DNA from: Limisphaerales bacterium
GTDB taxonomy: Bacteria; Verrucomicrobiota; Verrucomicrobiia; Limisphaerales; SIBE01
DNA: 58,982 bases
Assembly (NCBI GenBank): GCA_044225505.1
Contig: JBGAIN010000033.1
Location: 1 to 58,982, forward strand
Direction: 5' to 3'
The notes under the pieces were generated by a model, which saw nothing but the letters and a program-made list of their open reading frames with translations, ran no database searches and was not told the origin of the DNA. Position numbers and translations under genes: made by a program. Positions 16,677-29,910 of the stretch are shown piece by piece; positions within the stretch are counted from its first letter, which is position 1, and every line of letters starts with the position of its first letter.

Positions 16677-17852
16677 TTAACGACGCGCGAGCTCGGTCGG
16701 CCGCTGCCGTAAACGTTGATAAAGGGCGTAAATAGCGTCCACCATGACTTCGACGGGAAAACACCCCTGAACGAGCGCTCGGCCACGTTGGCCGAGTCGA
16801 TTCCGCAGCTCCGCGCTTTGCGCGAGGTCGAGCAAACGTTCCGTCAGGCTATGAATGTCGCCCGGTTCAACCAGAAAGCCTGTCTCACCATCGAAACAGA
16901 CTTCACGGGCACCATCGCAATCATACGCAATGACCGGTTTCCCTGCCGCGAGCGACTGGGGCACGACCCTAGGCAGACCTTCGCGCCGGGACAAGTGGAC
17001 AACGATATCCATGATTCCAAGCAAGCTGGGAACGTCGCTGGGAGGGACAAGGCCTGTGAAGATAAAGTGTTCGGCCATCCCGCGGTCGCGCGCGATTGTT
17101 TCGAATCGTTCCCGCCACTCTCCGTCTCCTACGAGAAGGAATTTAACATTCGGATATTTTTGAATGAGGGTGGGTGCGGCGGAGAAGAGGTCGTCGTGGC
17201 CTTTGAGTTTGAACAAACGTGCGATTTTTCCGATGACGAGATCGGTGGGCTGAATGCCAAACCGGGCGCGCTTGGTCGGCGAGTTCGATGCCTGGACGAA
17301 CGGCCCCAGATCAAATCCGCTGAGAATCCGAGTGTACTGAGAAGGAGTGCCAATGCCAGCCGCCAGGTATTGAGTCGTCATCGCATTCGCCACGGTCACA
17401 AAGTGCGTTGTAAATCGACCCGCATGGCGCTCGGCGCTGCGGAAGAGTTGGTTGGCGAGAGCGCTTTGGAACGGTCCAAACGACGGCCCATGAATCGTGT
17501 GCACGATGATCGGGACTTGGGCACGATGTGCTGCGGCGCGACCTAGAATTCCCGCTTTTCCGCTGTGAGTGTGGACAATATCTGGACGCCAATGCCGGAA
17601 AAGAGAGGTCAGTTGGCGACGGGCTAGCCAGTCCTTCCAGGGGTGAAGTGGACGAACCAAACTGGGCAGAATCGTCAGAAGCCTTGGGATGGCGGCGACC
17701 TCTGTTTCGAGGGACCCTTCCGGGCCAAGCGACAATCCAGCGACGAGGTCGACGTGAAGGTGGTGGCGGTTTCTGAGGCCCAGGACCGTCGCAATGGTGT
17801 TCTCTTGCGCGCCGCCCACGATCAGGCGCGTGATGACATGAGCAACGCGCAT
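16677..17852 (-). CDS. Glycosyltransferase family 4
   Basis: HVITRLIVGGAQ, HTHSGKAG, KGHDD, EGLPRVVPQ. Confidence 0.9.
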   Translation of the reverse strand: MRVAHVITRLIVGGAQENTIATVLGLRNRHHLHVDLVAGLSLGPEGSLETEVAAIPRLLTILPSLVRPLHPWKDWLARRQLTSLFRHWRPDIVHTHSGKAGILGRAAAHRAQVPIIVHTIHGPSFGPFQSALANQLFRSAERHAGRFTTHFVTVANAMTTQYLAAGIGTPSQYTRILSGFDLGPFVQASNSPTKRARFGIQPTDLVIGKIARLFKLKGHDDLFSAAPTLIQKYPNVKFLLVGDGEWRERFETIARDRGMAEHFIFTGLVPPSDVPSLLGIMDIVVHLSRREGLPRVVPQSLAAGKPVIAYDCDGAREVCFDGETGFLVEPGDIHSLTERLLDLAQSAELRNRLGQRGRALVQGCFPVEVMVDAIYALYQRLRQRPTELARR

Positions 17853-17858
17853 TCGCGC

Positions 17859-20800
17859 TCAGCGCTTCTTCTGGGGCAAGGATTGCAGTCGAATCTGCAC
17901 GTTCTTTTTCTCTTCAGCGAGTTCTGGGTTCTCGTTCTTAGGAGCGTGTTCCAGATAAAGCGTATAGTACTTTCGTGCTTCGTCTAAATGGTTGCGCTTG
18001 AATGCGATCTCACCCAAACCGTAGTATGCGACGTAGACATAATCCCGAGAGATCAGACGTCGCATCGTATCATAGTCTTTTTCGGCCTTTTCAAGCTGCC
18101 CGACGTGCAGGTAGGCAATAGCCCGGTCTCGGAGCGCATTAGCATTGTTCGGCTGTCGCTTTAAAACATCGCTCAACGATTGGATCGCGGCTTCGTACGA
18201 CTTCGTTTCAATATCGATGACTCCCTTATAGAGGAGTGCTTCTGTGTTCTCAGAATCGACGTTCAGCAGAGCGTCTATGGACGCTTTAGCTTTGGCATAG
18301 TCTTTAGTCTGAATCAGCAGGAAAATCTTATAGAGAAGAGCCTGGGGTTGCTGCGGTGATTTTTGGAGAATGCGATCCACGGCGGCCACCGCTTTTTCGT
18401 TCTCGTTTCTTGTTCGATAAAGCGTTGCCTGGTTAATGTAGGACTGGGCTCTGCTGGGATCGGCACGGATAATCTGTTCCGACAATTCGATCGCGTCATC
18501 AACCCTTCCAGTCTGAGACAATACTTGGAGCAGAGTGTCGAGGATCCCAGGGTATTTCGGATACTTCGCAAATGCGGCGCGCAGGACCTGTTCCGCCGCG
18601 GCCGTGTTTTTGAGTCCAAACTGCGCGGTTGCTTCGATTCGAGCGACCTCAAGCTCCAACTCGATCGGGATCGATTCGCTTTGATGTTGGGACCGGAATT
18701 TTTGAATCTCAGCGAGGGCTTGTTGAGGAAGTTGGGCGCGCGTAAAAACTTCGGCGAGGCCGACTGGGGCCATCAGGTTAGTGGTTTCCAAAGTTCGAAC
18801 CCGGTCGAGCTGGATCGCGGACTGGCGGTAGAGACCTTGCCGGCCGAAGATCTGGCCCAGTTGCAGGCAGAAGTCCGGATGATCAAATGGGCCATTCTCG
18901 ACGAGCATCGGCTCCCAACCCCGATAGGCACCGAACTTATCTTCGACGCTCTTGGCCGTCTCCACTAAGCGCGGGCGACCTGTTCGCATGGAACGGTTGA
19001 ATTCCAGGTTGCTTTCAGCTGGCACATTATTGGTATTGAGATCCGCTGCGATTTGAAAGGCTTTGCCTGCCTCCTCTAATCGCGATTTCGATTCGACGGC
19101 GGGATGGCGCTGCAGGGTCACGGCCCACTGATTCAGCGCGCGCGAATAGTATCGGCTAACGTAATGAGCATCTCGGGAATCGGTCTTAGCACCGGCGGCC
19201 AAGGACCGCAATGTGCCTTCGAGTTGGCCCCAGAAACGTCGGTTGCTCTCCAGTTCGGGGGCAGTCAGGGCTGGAGGGTAAATGTCGTTGGTTGAGTATA
19301 ACTGCAGCCGGTAAACGAGGCCGCTAGGCTGCGAATAAAACGTTTCAAAGTAATAGCCGAAACTCGGGTGCAAGTAATAAATGTCACTGGATCGGCTTAG
19401 CATCGTGATGACCTGGAGCAAACTTCCGTCGTCGATGATCTCGTCCGGCGGTTGGTTGGTGAAGTAGTTGATCCAGCGGTTGGGATAACGCTTGCTCAAT
19501 TCGCGATGGTAATCAGATCCAAGCAATGATCGGGTGTGCACCAGCAAATACTTGTTAAGCGTTCCAGCGTGGCTCAATCCTGCGCTGAGCAGCAGGAGAC
19601 TATAGGGATCGTCGCTCATGACGATGGCTCCCGCAGCAGGGAGGGCCTTGGTTGAGAGCTCGGCAAACTCTCTTAGAACCGGTCCATTCGTCGTGCGGAT
19701 ACTCTTCCAATTGCGCGCCACCAGGGCGATCGGCATGCCAATCAAGGCGAGCCAAACCAGTCCGACCACCAAGCGGTTCAGCAATTGAGATCCGCCAGAA
19801 CGCCGGTGTCGGGATTTGGATCGACTTTCTCCAAACACGAGCAAGAGGTAGCCGCTGAAATACCCGATGGCCAAGGCAGCAAGGTAATAGAACGTTAGAA
19901 AGGGCGGCGCGTAAGGGAGCCGTGAGCCCACCAACCGAGGGCTAAACTGAAAATCCAAAGCGACCACAAGGCAAGCGGCCAAAAAGACGATGTGCACGAC
20001 GCGGAACATGATGTTGGCCAATAACGCTCCCGCTGCACTCGTATCGCCAAAGGTGGAAGGCCAACGGACCCCAATAATCAGAACAGGGACAAGGGATGTG
20101 ACGCAAAGGATTAATGCCCGACTACGCAGGTTGGGCATATCCCATAAAGCCATTTTTTGGGCGGCAATATTCGACCGCAACGCTTGCCAGAAGCTGACGG
20201 TAGGATTGTCCGACACCGCCCAGACCAACGGAAGCAACAAATAGAGAGAAAGACCCAACAGCCCGAACCCCAGCATCTTCAGGAAGAACCGAAATTCGAA
20301 GAAGCTCTTCCCGCGAATCCAGAATACCGCGACCAAGATGCAGGGGAAATAGCCGATCATCGCGAAATTGTTGGTCACGCCGAGACCGTAAACAAAGGAC
20401 ATTCGGGTCAGCCACGATTCCCTTTGGCTAATGCGGAATTCCAAGAGACAGCGCACCACGTAGGCAAAGACCAGCAGATCAAGCGCTTCGTTGGTCGCGG
20501 CTGTGGAATGTTCCCAAAAGGTCAGCTCCAGACCGCAAACGAGCGCCGCCAACACTGGAGGCAGCCAGGCAGTTGGGATACTCAGAAGGGAAAACTCGCT
20601 GCGTTCCCGCAGGCGTTGTTCGTGCGTTCGATCATGCGGCAGCAGCGCGACTGACCGTGCCAAGAGCGCTAAGGAAAAAGCGGAACATACTGCCGTAAAA
20701 AGGTTTAGAAGAAAAGGTTGCCAGGAGCCGGGAAAGAAGCGAAAGGGGTAAGTGACAACGAAGAACAATGGGGTCTGGTAAGGCAACGTCCAGTCCCAGC

Positions 20801-20945
20801 CCGTCACTTTCGAAACGTACGGCAAGCTGTCGAGTGTGACCCATCGATTCAACGTCACCACATAGAGGAGCAAGGCGGCCACAGCAATGCCCCAGGGCAA
20901 GGCCGTCTGGGTCAGACTTAAGCGCGCACGATGATTTTCTTGCAT
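17859..20945 (-). CDS. Polytopic membrane protein (DUF2723/TMEM260-like) with C-terminal TPR repeats
   Basis: About 11 TM segments with FWEHST and LYLLLPL motifs, then many TPR-like repeats; ATG 20945 in ORF 17859..20990. Confidence 0.7.
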   Translation of the reverse strand: MQENHRARLSLTQTALPWGIAVAALLLYVVTLNRWVTLDSLPYVSKVTGWDWTLPYQTPLFFVVTYPFRFFPGSWQPFLLNLFTAVCSAFSLALLARSVALLPHDRTHEQRLRERSEFSLLSIPTAWLPPVLAALVCGLELTFWEHSTAATNEALDLLVFAYVVRCLLEFRISQRESWLTRMSFVYGLGVTNNFAMIGYFPCILVAVFWIRGKSFFEFRFFLKMLGFGLLGLSLYLLLPLVWAVSDNPTVSFWQALRSNIAAQKMALWDMPNLRSRALILCVTSLVPVLIIGVRWPSTFGDTSAAGALLANIMFRVVHIVFLAACLVVALDFQFSPRLVGSRLPYAPPFLTFYYLAALAIGYFSGYLLLVFGESRSKSRHRRSGGSQLLNRLVVGLVWLALIGMPIALVARNWKSIRTTNGPVLREFAELSTKALPAAGAIVMSDDPYSLLLLSAGLSHAGTLNKYLLVHTRSLLGSDYHRELSKRYPNRWINYFTNQPPDEIIDDGSLLQVITMLSRSSDIYYLHPSFGYYFETFYSQPSGLVYRLQLYSTNDIYPPALTAPELESNRRFWGQLEGTLRSLAAGAKTDSRDAHYVSRYYSRALNQWAVTLQRHPAVESKSRLEEAGKAFQIAADLNTNNVPAESNLEFNRSMRTGRPRLVETAKSVEDKFGAYRGWEPMLVENGPFDHPDFCLQLGQIFGRQGLYRQSAIQLDRVRTLETTNLMAPVGLAEVFTRAQLPQQALAEIQKFRSQHQSESIPIELELEVARIEATAQFGLKNTAAAEQVLRAAFAKYPKYPGILDTLLQVLSQTGRVDDAIELSEQIIRADPSRAQSYINQATLYRTRNENEKAVAAVDRILQKSPQQPQALLYKIFLLIQTKDYAKAKASIDALLNVDSENTEALLYKGVIDIETKSYEAAIQSLSDVLKRQPNNANALRDRAIAYLHVGQLEKAEKDYDTMRRLISRDYVYVAYYGLGEIAFKRNHLDEARKYYTLYLEHAPKNENPELAEEKKNVQIRLQSLPQKKR

Positions 20946-21335
20946 ATTGAGGTGGCGGATAGATTGCAGGGTGAAGACGGCTCTTGGCAAGATTGAATAA
21001 ACCCGCCACTAAGCTTCTGATTCCTGACGACCCTGCAGACACAGTCGTTTGCTGCCCGACCTCACGCTGGAGCCCGGCTCCTCGAGGTGGAGGGGGTTTT
21101 CTACGCTGAGGTCGAGCATCCTGCCGCCGAGGGGCTGTTGCGAGTGTTGCTCCACGGTGTCAGCAACCACGAGCAAGCGACTCTGGCCGCTTCCGTTCTG
21201 GGGGCTACCGCTCAACCGGTGGCGGAACCGCGGACGGTGGTTTTGTAGCGTCCTTCGGCCTCGGGCGGTGGGGTTGCCCGATACTCCCGATTCGCCACCG
21301 TTGCTCTGTGCTGAGTTTTCCGATAGGAATAATCC

Positions 21336-22142
21336 ATGAAGAGCGGTTCTTCGTCTGGCTCCTCCTTGTCTTGCGCTTCCGCAATCGGGATTATCCCTGC
21401 GCGATACGCCTCTACTCGGTTTCCTGGCAAGCCACTTGCGCTCATCGACGGCAAGCCATTAATTCAACACGTGGTCGAGCGTTGCCGCCGGGCTCGCAGC
21501 TTGTCCGATGTCATCGTGGCGACCGACGATGTGCGCATTCGCGCGGTGGCGGAGCGGTTTTGCACGGTCGAAATGACCCGGAAAGATCATCCGAGCGGGT
21601 CGGATCGGATTGCGGAGGTGGCCGAGCGGTCGGGTCATGGGTTGATCGTTAATATTCAAGGGGACGAACCGCTGATCGATCCAACGGTGATCGATGCTGT
21701 CGCCACGATCCTGGACCGCTATGAGATAGCAACGGCGGCGTCGCCGCTGCGAGGCCCAGAGGAGTACACGAATGCGAATGTTGTGAAAGTCGTTGTCAGC
21801 CGGGGCGGACGCGCCTTATATTTCTCTCGCCGTACGATACCTTACGTTCGGGACGCCGCCATTGGTTCGGTCGACGAGCAGCTGGCGGCTTTTCCTTTTT
21901 TGAAACACTTAGGCATTTATGGGTATCGACGGGAAACGCTTTTGCGTCTGGTGCGCATGCCGGTGTCTCCTTTGGAGCGCGCGGAGAAACTGGAACAGTT
22001 AAGAGCCCTGGAGAACGATATCGAAATCGGACTCGTGCAAGTCGATTATGACAGTGTGGGAGTCGATCTACCGGACGACGTCGAACGTGTCGAAAGGCTG
22101 CTGCGCGCGAGCCGTCCAGGGACGCCGCTCGAGCCAATCTGA
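21336..22142 (+). CDS. kdsB: 3-deoxy-manno-octulosonate cytidylyltransferase
   Basis: IPARYASTRFPGKPL, NIQGDEP, EKLEQLRALE. Confidence 0.95.
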   Translation: MKSGSSSGSSLSCASAIGIIPARYASTRFPGKPLALIDGKPLIQHVVERCRRARSLSDVIVATDDVRIRAVAERFCTVEMTRKDHPSGSDRIAEVAERSGHGLIVNIQGDEPLIDPTVIDAVATILDRYEIATAASPLRGPEEYTNANVVKVVVSRGGRALYFSRRTIPYVRDAAIGSVDEQLAAFPFLKHLGIYGYRRETLLRLVRMPVSPLERAEKLEQLRALENDIEIGLVQVDYDSVGVDLPDDVERVERLLRASRPGTPLEPI

Positions 22143-23765
<1,623 letters not shown>

Positions 23766-23796
23766 GGCCGAGCGGCTCTGGCGATTTGAGGTTCCC

Positions 23797-25101
23797 GTGA
23801 CCTACGCAGAATCGATCCAGTTCCTCTACGGCCTGAGACTTTTCGGCACAAAACTGGGCTTGGAGAATACGTTGCGCTTGGCCGAGTTGGCGGGAAATCC
23901 CCACCGATCGTCGACGTTTATCCATGTTGCCGGAACGAATGGCAAGGGCTCCACCTGCGCTATGCTGGAGAGTATCCTTCGATCGTCTCGTCGGCGTGTT
24001 GGACTCTTTACTTCGCCTCATCTCGTGTCGTTTCGCGAGCGAATTCAGGTTGATCGTCAATTAATCAGCAAAGAGGAGGTCGTTCGCCTCGTCGCTGAAT
24101 TGGCAGGGTTTCTTCAAACTTTTCCCGCGGCGCACCATCCGACGTTTTTCGAGGTTGTGACAATCCTGGCAATGCGTTACTTCGCTGAGCAGCGGTGTGA
24201 TCTGGTGGTGCTGGAAACCGGACTTGGTGGGCGCCTCGACGCCACAAACATCGTAACACCGTTGGCTAGCGTTATCACGAATGTAGATTTGGACCACGAA
24301 AAATGGTTAGGCAGCTCCGTTGGACAGATCGCGCTCGAAAAGGCGGGGATTATCAAGCCGAGTGTGCCCGTTATCACGGCTGCCACCCATCCTGAGGCCC
24401 TTCGGACGATACGTTACGTCGCCCATGAGCGAGGTGCCCCCTTAACCGAGGTTGCAGCTTCAGATCTGTTGCTGGCACCACTCAGCCAAATCGCACTCCC
24501 CCTCCTTGGGGACCATCAACGCCTCAACGCTGCCTTGGCTGTGAAAACTCTGCGCGTTCTGGAGCCTCAGGTCCAGGTCTCCACCCTCGCCATGATCGAA
24601 GGATTGTCAAAGGTTCAGTGGGCTGGACGCCTGCAGCGTTTGACCTTGCCGGACGGTCGCGTCATCGTTCTGGACGGAGCTCACAATCCCGCCGGGGCTC
24701 GCACGTTGAGAGACGCCTTAGCGCATCATTTTTCTGGGCAGAGCCTTACCTTGATCCTCGGGGTGATGCGGGACAAGGACTGGGAAGCGATGTGCGCTTT
24801 GTTAGCGCCTTGCGCCGAGAGGATTCTCTTGACCCCAGTTCACAGTGAAAGAACGGCTTTGCCAACGGATCTCACTCAGGCTTGCCATCGAATCAATCCA
24901 AGCGCTGTGGCCATCCCGTGTTCCTCTCTCGCCGAAGCATTGGGCAAAGCAACGAGGGACGCCGTCGTCATCGTTACAGGGTCTCTCCACTTGGTCGGCG
25001 AGGCGATGGAACTGCTCGATTTACTCCCAGGAGTCGGGGCCGAGCGGCACTTGAATGAGTGGGACGCTGCGATGCAACGGGGCTCTTCGGCATCGCCATG
25101 A
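23797..25101 (+). CDS. folC: Folylpolyglutamate synthase/dihydrofolate synthase
   Basis: HVAGTNGKGS, ETGLGGRLDATN, DGAHNP. Confidence 0.95.
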   Translation: MTYAESIQFLYGLRLFGTKLGLENTLRLAELAGNPHRSSTFIHVAGTNGKGSTCAMLESILRSSRRRVGLFTSPHLVSFRERIQVDRQLISKEEVVRLVAELAGFLQTFPAAHHPTFFEVVTILAMRYFAEQRCDLVVLETGLGGRLDATNIVTPLASVITNVDLDHEKWLGSSVGQIALEKAGIIKPSVPVITAATHPEALRTIRYVAHERGAPLTEVAASDLLLAPLSQIALPLLGDHQRLNAALAVKTLRVLEPQVQVSTLAMIEGLSKVQWAGRLQRLTLPDGRVIVLDGAHNPAGARTLRDALAHHFSGQSLTLILGVMRDKDWEAMCALLAPCAERILLTPVHSERTALPTDLTQACHRINPSAVAIPCSSLAEALGKATRDAVVIVTGSLHLVGEAMELLDLLPGVGAERHLNEWDAAMQRGSSASP

Positions 25102-25787
25102 CGCCGTTCGCAGAGATCCAGGCCGTAAGCTTTGATGTCGGAGGGACGTTGATCGAACCGTGGCCGTCCGTTGGACATGTCTATGCGACCGTAGCGCTGG
25201 AAGCCGGCTTGCCTAGCCTCGAGCCGGGGTTAATCAACGAGTCTTTTGCCAAAGTGTGGCGCGCCAGAGGAATGTTTGACTATACCCGCGCCAGTTGGTT
25301 TGAGATTGTCCGGGCGGTCTTTTCTGACCTAACTCCAGACGCCGTTGAAGTGGAAGGGTTGTTCAATCGCCTCTACGACCGGTTTGCCGAAGGCTGCGTT
25401 TGGCAGATCTATCCGGAAGTTCATTCCGTGTTGAGCGCTCTGCGGCAACGTGGTATGAAAGTGGCTGCGATCTCGAATTGGGACGAGCGTCTTAGACCAC
25501 TGCTACGCCGGCTGCAGTTGGAGCGGCATTTTGATGTGATCGCCGTTTCGGGCGAGATCGGATTTCACAAACCGGCACCAGAAATCTTCCGTTGGACGTT
25601 GGATGCTTTGGGGTTGGCAGCGCCTCAAGTGCTGCATATTGGCGATACGTTAAACGAAGATGTCCGTGGGGCGCAGGGGGTTGGCATGATGGGCCTCATA
25701 CTTCGCCGAGGAGGGCAGGGGGGCACAAGGGAGGAGGTCCGATCGTTGTCCGAGGTGCTCGAGCGGTTGCCGGACCGTTCCCGCTAG
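25098..25787 (+). CDS. HAD family hydrolase (REG-2-like)
   Basis: FDVGGTL, SNWD, KP, HIGD...D; ATGA overlap with folC. Confidence 0.88.
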   Translation: MTPFAEIQAVSFDVGGTLIEPWPSVGHVYATVALEAGLPSLEPGLINESFAKVWRARGMFDYTRASWFEIVRAVFSDLTPDAVEVEGLFNRLYDRFAEGCVWQIYPEVHSVLSALRQRGMKVAAISNWDERLRPLLRRLQLERHFDVIAVSGEIGFHKPAPEIFRWTLDALGLAAPQVLHIGDTLNEDVRGAQGVGMMGLILRRGGQGGTREEVRSLSEVLERLPDRSR

Positions 25788-25846
25788 CAATGAAATCACC
25801 GGCTGTTAATCGCGAGGCAAGACCCGCTTATACTTAATCGGAAACG

Positions 25847-25876
25847 TTGACGTCGGGAGGCGAAGATCAGTAGATT
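25847..25876 (+). promoter_or_regulatory. Possible sigma-70 promoter upstream of sdhC
   Basis: TTGACG-N18-TAGATT. Confidence 0.3.
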
Positions 25877-25991
25877 GTGGCCCGGACTGTGGGTTCGAGC
25901 GGTATCTTCCTCAACACAGGAGATCAGCATTGGCCCGTCACCTCGCAAGCCACGCGATCAGTGTGTCGGCCAGCCTTAGTCCCGATATAAC

Positions 25992-26678
25992 ATGAAACTC
26001 AGCTTTTTCCGTTCCTCACTCGGGAAAAAGTACGTCATGGCCGTGAGCGGGTTTGCGCTGTTTGTCTTCGCGATCGGCCATATGGTTGGGAACCTCCAGG
26101 TGTTTCTGGGACCTGATCAAATCAACACGTACGGTCATTTCTTGCAGAGTACCCCGGAATTACTTTGGTCAGCCCGACTCGGGTTGCTTGCGATGGTAGG
26201 GCTGCACATGGTTGCTGCCATGAAGGTCTCGGCGGAAAACCGGGCTGCCCGCCCGATTCCGTATGGTCAATACACTCCTGTGGCATCGAGTTTTGCGTCC
26301 CGAACCATGTTAATGAGCGGCCTGATCATCGCGACATTCGTTGTTTACCATCTCCTGCACTACACCGTGCAGGTCAAGGCTATCAACCTTACGGGGCAGG
26401 ATTTCGTGCCGCTGCACGACGCGAAAGGTCGGCATGATATTTACCGAATGATCGTCATTGGTTTTTCGAACGTGTTCGTTTCCGGGTTTTACATTTTAGG
26501 AGTGGGGCTGCTTTGCGTTCATTTAAGCCATGGCGCGAGCAGCATGTTCCAGTCGATGGGTTGGAAATCAGCGCCGATAGGGCCTTGGATCGATCGGTTG
26601 GCCAAACTTGCAGCCGTGGCCCTGTTTTTGGGCTACGCTTCCATTCCCCTGGCGGTGTTAAGCGGCTTCTTGAAGTGA
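25992..26678 (+). CDS. sdhC: Succinate dehydrogenase/fumarate reductase cytochrome b subunit
   Basis: [28 protein letters not shown]; five TM helices; first gene of the operon. Confidence 0.92.
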   Translation: MKLSFFRSSLGKKYVMAVSGFALFVFAIGHMVGNLQVFLGPDQINTYGHFLQSTPELLWSARLGLLAMVGLHMVAAMKVSAENRAARPIPYGQYTPVASSFASRTMLMSGLIIATFVVYHLLHYTVQVKAINLTGQDFVPLHDAKGRHDIYRMIVIGFSNVFVSGFYILGVGLLCVHLSHGASSMFQSMGWKSAPIGPWIDRLAKLAAVALFLGYASIPLAVLSGFLK

Positions 26679-26685
26679 GCGGATC

Positions 26686-28599
26686 ATGAAACTTGACGCA
26701 AAAATCCCTTCCGGCCCGATACAACAGAAATGGGATCGGCATCGTCTTGACATTAAATTGGTCAACCCGGCCAACAAACGGAAGTTCGACGTGATTGTCG
26801 TGGGCTCGGGATTGGCAGGCGCTTCCGCGGCTGCGTCCTTGGGCGAACTAGGGTATAACGTCCAGTGTTTTTGCTTTCAGGATAGTCCTCGGCGAGCCCA
26901 CAGCATCGCGGCCCAGGGGGGAATTAACGCGGCCAAGAATTACCAGAACGACGGGGATAGCATTTACCGGCTTTTTTACGACACGATCAAGGGCGGCGAT
27001 TTCCGCGCACGAGAAGCTAACGTCTACCGCTTAGCTCAGTTGAGCGTCAACATCATCGACCAATGCGTGGCACAGGGCGTTCCGTTTGCTCGAGAGTACG
27101 GCGGCTTGCTTTCTAATCGCTCGTTCGGTGGGGCACAGGTGTCGCGGACGTTCTATGCTCGCGGACAAACTGGTCAGCAACTCTTGTTGGGCGCTTACCA
27201 GGCGCTTTGCCGCCAAATCAGCGCAGGCCAGGTAAAGATGTTTCCTCGGACGGAGATGCTCGACCTGGTCCTGGTTGATGGTCATGCCAAGGGAATAATC
27301 GTGCGCGACCTACTGACCGGGGAGGTAACCTCCCATGCAGCCGACGCGGTCATTTTGGCGACGGGAGGATATTCCAACGTCTTTTATCTTTCTACCAACG
27401 CTCGCGGCTGTAACGTGACTGCCATTTACCGGGCTTACAAGAAAGGCGCGGCGTTTGCTAATCCCTGTTACACTCAAATTCATCCCACGTGTATTCCTGT
27501 CAGCGGCGAGCATCAGTCCAAGCTCACCTTGATGTCGGAGTCTCTGCGCAATGACGGCCGTGTGTGGGCGCCCAAGACCAAAGGCGACAAGCGGCCGCCA
27601 GGGGATATCCCCGAAAACGAGAGGGACTATTACTTGGAACGTAAGTACCCCAGTTACGGCAATCTCGCGCCGCGGGATATTTCATCGCGCGCTGCCAAAG
27701 AGGCTTGCGATGAGGGACGAGGGGTTGGCCCTGGGGGGTTGGGCGTCTACTTGTATTTTAGCGCCGCGATAAAGCGCTTGGGGCGGGAGACGATTGTTGA
27801 GCGTTACGGCAATCTCTTCGATATGTATGAGACGATTACAGGCGAGAACGCGTATGAGGTGCCAATGCGGATCTATCCGGCCCTGCATTATACGATGGGC
27901 GGGCTTTGGGTAGACTATAATCTGATGAGCAACATCCCTGGCCTATTTGTGCTAGGAGAGGCTAATTTTTCTGACCATGGCGCGAATCGGTTAGGTGCGA
28001 GTGCTTTGATGCAAGGCTTGGCAGACGGTTACTTTGTCATTCCTTACACCATTGGACATTATTTCGCTTCAACCAAACCACTCAAACCGTCGACGAGCCA
28101 TCCTGAATTCAAGAAAGCGCAAGCGGACATTCAGGCGCGGACCAAACAGTTGTTGGCGATTCGTGGCAAGCGTACGGCGACTTCGTTGCATCGCGAGCTT
28201 GGTAAGGTGATGTGGGACAAGTGCGGGATGGCACGCAGCGAGGCATCGCTCAAAGAGGCCCTCCAACGGATTCCCGTCCTCCGGGAAGAGTTTTGGAAGA
28301 ATCTGAACGTCACGGGCGGCGACCAGGATTTTAATCAAGCGTTGGAACAAGCCGGGCGAGTGGCTGACTTTATGGAGTTCGCCGAGTTGCTTTGCCTGGA
28401 CGCACTCACACGCCGCGAATCATGTGGCGGGCATTTTCGGACCGAATTTCAAACGCCCGATGGAGAGGCGCTCCGGGATGATGAGCACTTCTCCTTCGTT
28501 TCCGCTTGGGAGTATCAAGGCGGGGATAAGGCACCCGTCCTGCACAAAGAACCGCTGGTCTACGAAGAACTGAAAATGACCCAGCGCAGCTACAAATGA
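26686..28599 (+). CDS. sdhA: Succinate dehydrogenase/fumarate reductase flavoprotein subunit
   Basis: [36 protein letters not shown]. Confidence 0.95.
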   Translation: MKLDAKIPSGPIQQKWDRHRLDIKLVNPANKRKFDVIVVGSGLAGASAAASLGELGYNVQCFCFQDSPRRAHSIAAQGGINAAKNYQNDGDSIYRLFYDTIKGGDFRAREANVYRLAQLSVNIIDQCVAQGVPFAREYGGLLSNRSFGGAQVSRTFYARGQTGQQLLLGAYQALCRQISAGQVKMFPRTEMLDLVLVDGHAKGIIVRDLLTGEVTSHAADAVILATGGYSNVFYLSTNARGCNVTAIYRAYKKGAAFANPCYTQIHPTCIPVSGEHQSKLTLMSESLRNDGRVWAPKTKGDKRPPGDIPENERDYYLERKYPSYGNLAPRDISSRAAKEACDEGRGVGPGGLGVYLYFSAAIKRLGRETIVERYGNLFDMYETITGENAYEVPMRIYPALHYTMGGLWVDYNLMSNIPGLFVLGEANFSDHGANRLGASALMQGLADGYFVIPYTIGHYFASTKPLKPSTSHPEFKKAQADIQARTKQLLAIRGKRTATSLHRELGKVMWDKCGMARSEASLKEALQRIPVLREEFWKNLNVTGGDQDFNQALEQAGRVADFMEFAELLCLDALTRRESCGGHFRTEFQTPDGEALRDDEHFSFVSAWEYQGGDKAPVLHKEPLVYEELKMTQRSYK

Positions 28600-28714
28600 A
28601 CGGGCTAGCCATGCCAACGTCAACGCAGCGCTCGGCGATCTCCCCAGGCGATGTCGCTTTGGGCCTCAGTGCTCTATGGCGCGCGACCTACGGCTCCCGG
28701 CTTTCGGAAATCTC

Positions 28715-29461
28715 ATGAACCTCACCCTTCGAATTTGGCGGCAAAAGAACACCAATTCGCCCGGTCAATTCGCCGAGTACCAGGCAAAAGGCGTCATCCC
28801 GGACATGTCCTTCCTGGAAATGCTCGACGTGCTCAATGAGGAATTGATCGGTCGCGGCGACGAGCCCATTGCTTTTGATTCCGATTGTCGAGAGGGAATC
28901 TGTGGAATGTGCTCGCTGGTCATTAACGGGATTCCGCATGGCGGTCACCGTGGGACGGCGACGTGCCAGTTGCACATGCGCCACTTCAAAGACGGTGAAA
29001 CGATTACCATTGAGCCTTGGCGAGCTCGTGCTTTTCCGCCCGTCAAAGATCTCGTGGTCGACCGTTCGGCCTTCGACAGAATTGTGCAGGCTGGCGGATT
29101 TGTTTCGGTGTCGACCGGAGGTGCGCCGGACGGTAACGCTTTGCCCATCCCTAAAGATCGACAGGAGCTCTCGATGGATGCGGCTGCTTGCATCGGGTGT
29201 GGCGCGTGCGTGGCGGCTTGTAAGAATGCTTCCGCAATGCTCTTTGTCTCAGCGAAAGCGTCACACCTCGGATTACTCCCTCAAGGGGTCGTCGAGCAGG
29301 ATCGACGCGTTTTAAGCATGGTTCGAACGATGGATGCGGAAGGGTTTGGGAACTGCTCTGTCACCCGGACATGCGAAGCTGTCTGCCCGAAGGAGATCAG
29401 CCTCGACTTTATTGCCCGGTTAAATCGCGACTATCTCAAGGGATGGGCTAAAGAACGTTAA
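28715..29461 (+). CDS. sdhB: Succinate dehydrogenase/fumarate reductase iron-sulfur subunit
   Basis: [21 protein letters not shown]...CEAVCP. Confidence 0.95.
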   Translation: MNLTLRIWRQKNTNSPGQFAEYQAKGVIPDMSFLEMLDVLNEELIGRGDEPIAFDSDCREGICGMCSLVINGIPHGGHRGTATCQLHMRHFKDGETITIEPWRARAFPPVKDLVVDRSAFDRIVQAGGFVSVSTGGAPDGNALPIPKDRQELSMDAAACIGCGACVAACKNASAMLFVSAKASHLGLLPQGVVEQDRRVLSMVRTMDAEGFGNCSVTRTCEAVCPKEISLDFIARLNRDYLKGWAKER

Positions 29462-29486
29462 ATCCTGGATCCAGAGCCGTCCGGTG

Positions 29487-29723
29487 TCACTTCGGGACAT
29501 TGTCGGTCTCCAAGGTGTGGATTAGGTCTTTTTCTGCTAGAACCCAGTCCTCCAATGTGAGTGCCCGGTAGGAAAGCCGGTCACGATACAACTCGAACGC
29601 ATGCTGCCGTACTGCCGCTCGGGTTACTCCAGGGGTGAAAGGCGCAGGTTGCTCAATAAACGGTAGCTCCTCTGCACGAGTCAGGTGATTCATAGAGTTC
29701 TCCTTTGACTGAATAAGATCCAT
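29487..29723 (-). CDS. Small protein, DUF2934-like (alternative start 29693)
   Basis: VRQHAFELY...EDWVLAE pattern. Confidence 0.6.
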   Translation of the reverse strand: MDLIQSKENSMNHLTRAEELPFIEQPAPFTPGVTRAAVRQHAFELYRDRLSYRALTLEDWVLAEKDLIHTLETDNVPK

Positions 29724-29910
29724 AACGATAACCCGCTCGGTCGCGGTGAAACGTTAGATCATTAGACAACTCGGGAAGAGCCTTTGTTCACGAACAGTTT
29801 CTGGGCTGTAGGGCAGAACCTATTCCTCGACCGGATCCTCGATCAAGGTCACGCCTTTGGCCTGGACTTTTGCATCAGAACACCTTCAATCGGTTCCAGT
29901 TCGTTGCGCC

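Noticed and set aside
16716..17546. 276-aa plus-strand ORF
   Set aside because: Antisense shadow of the GT4 gene.
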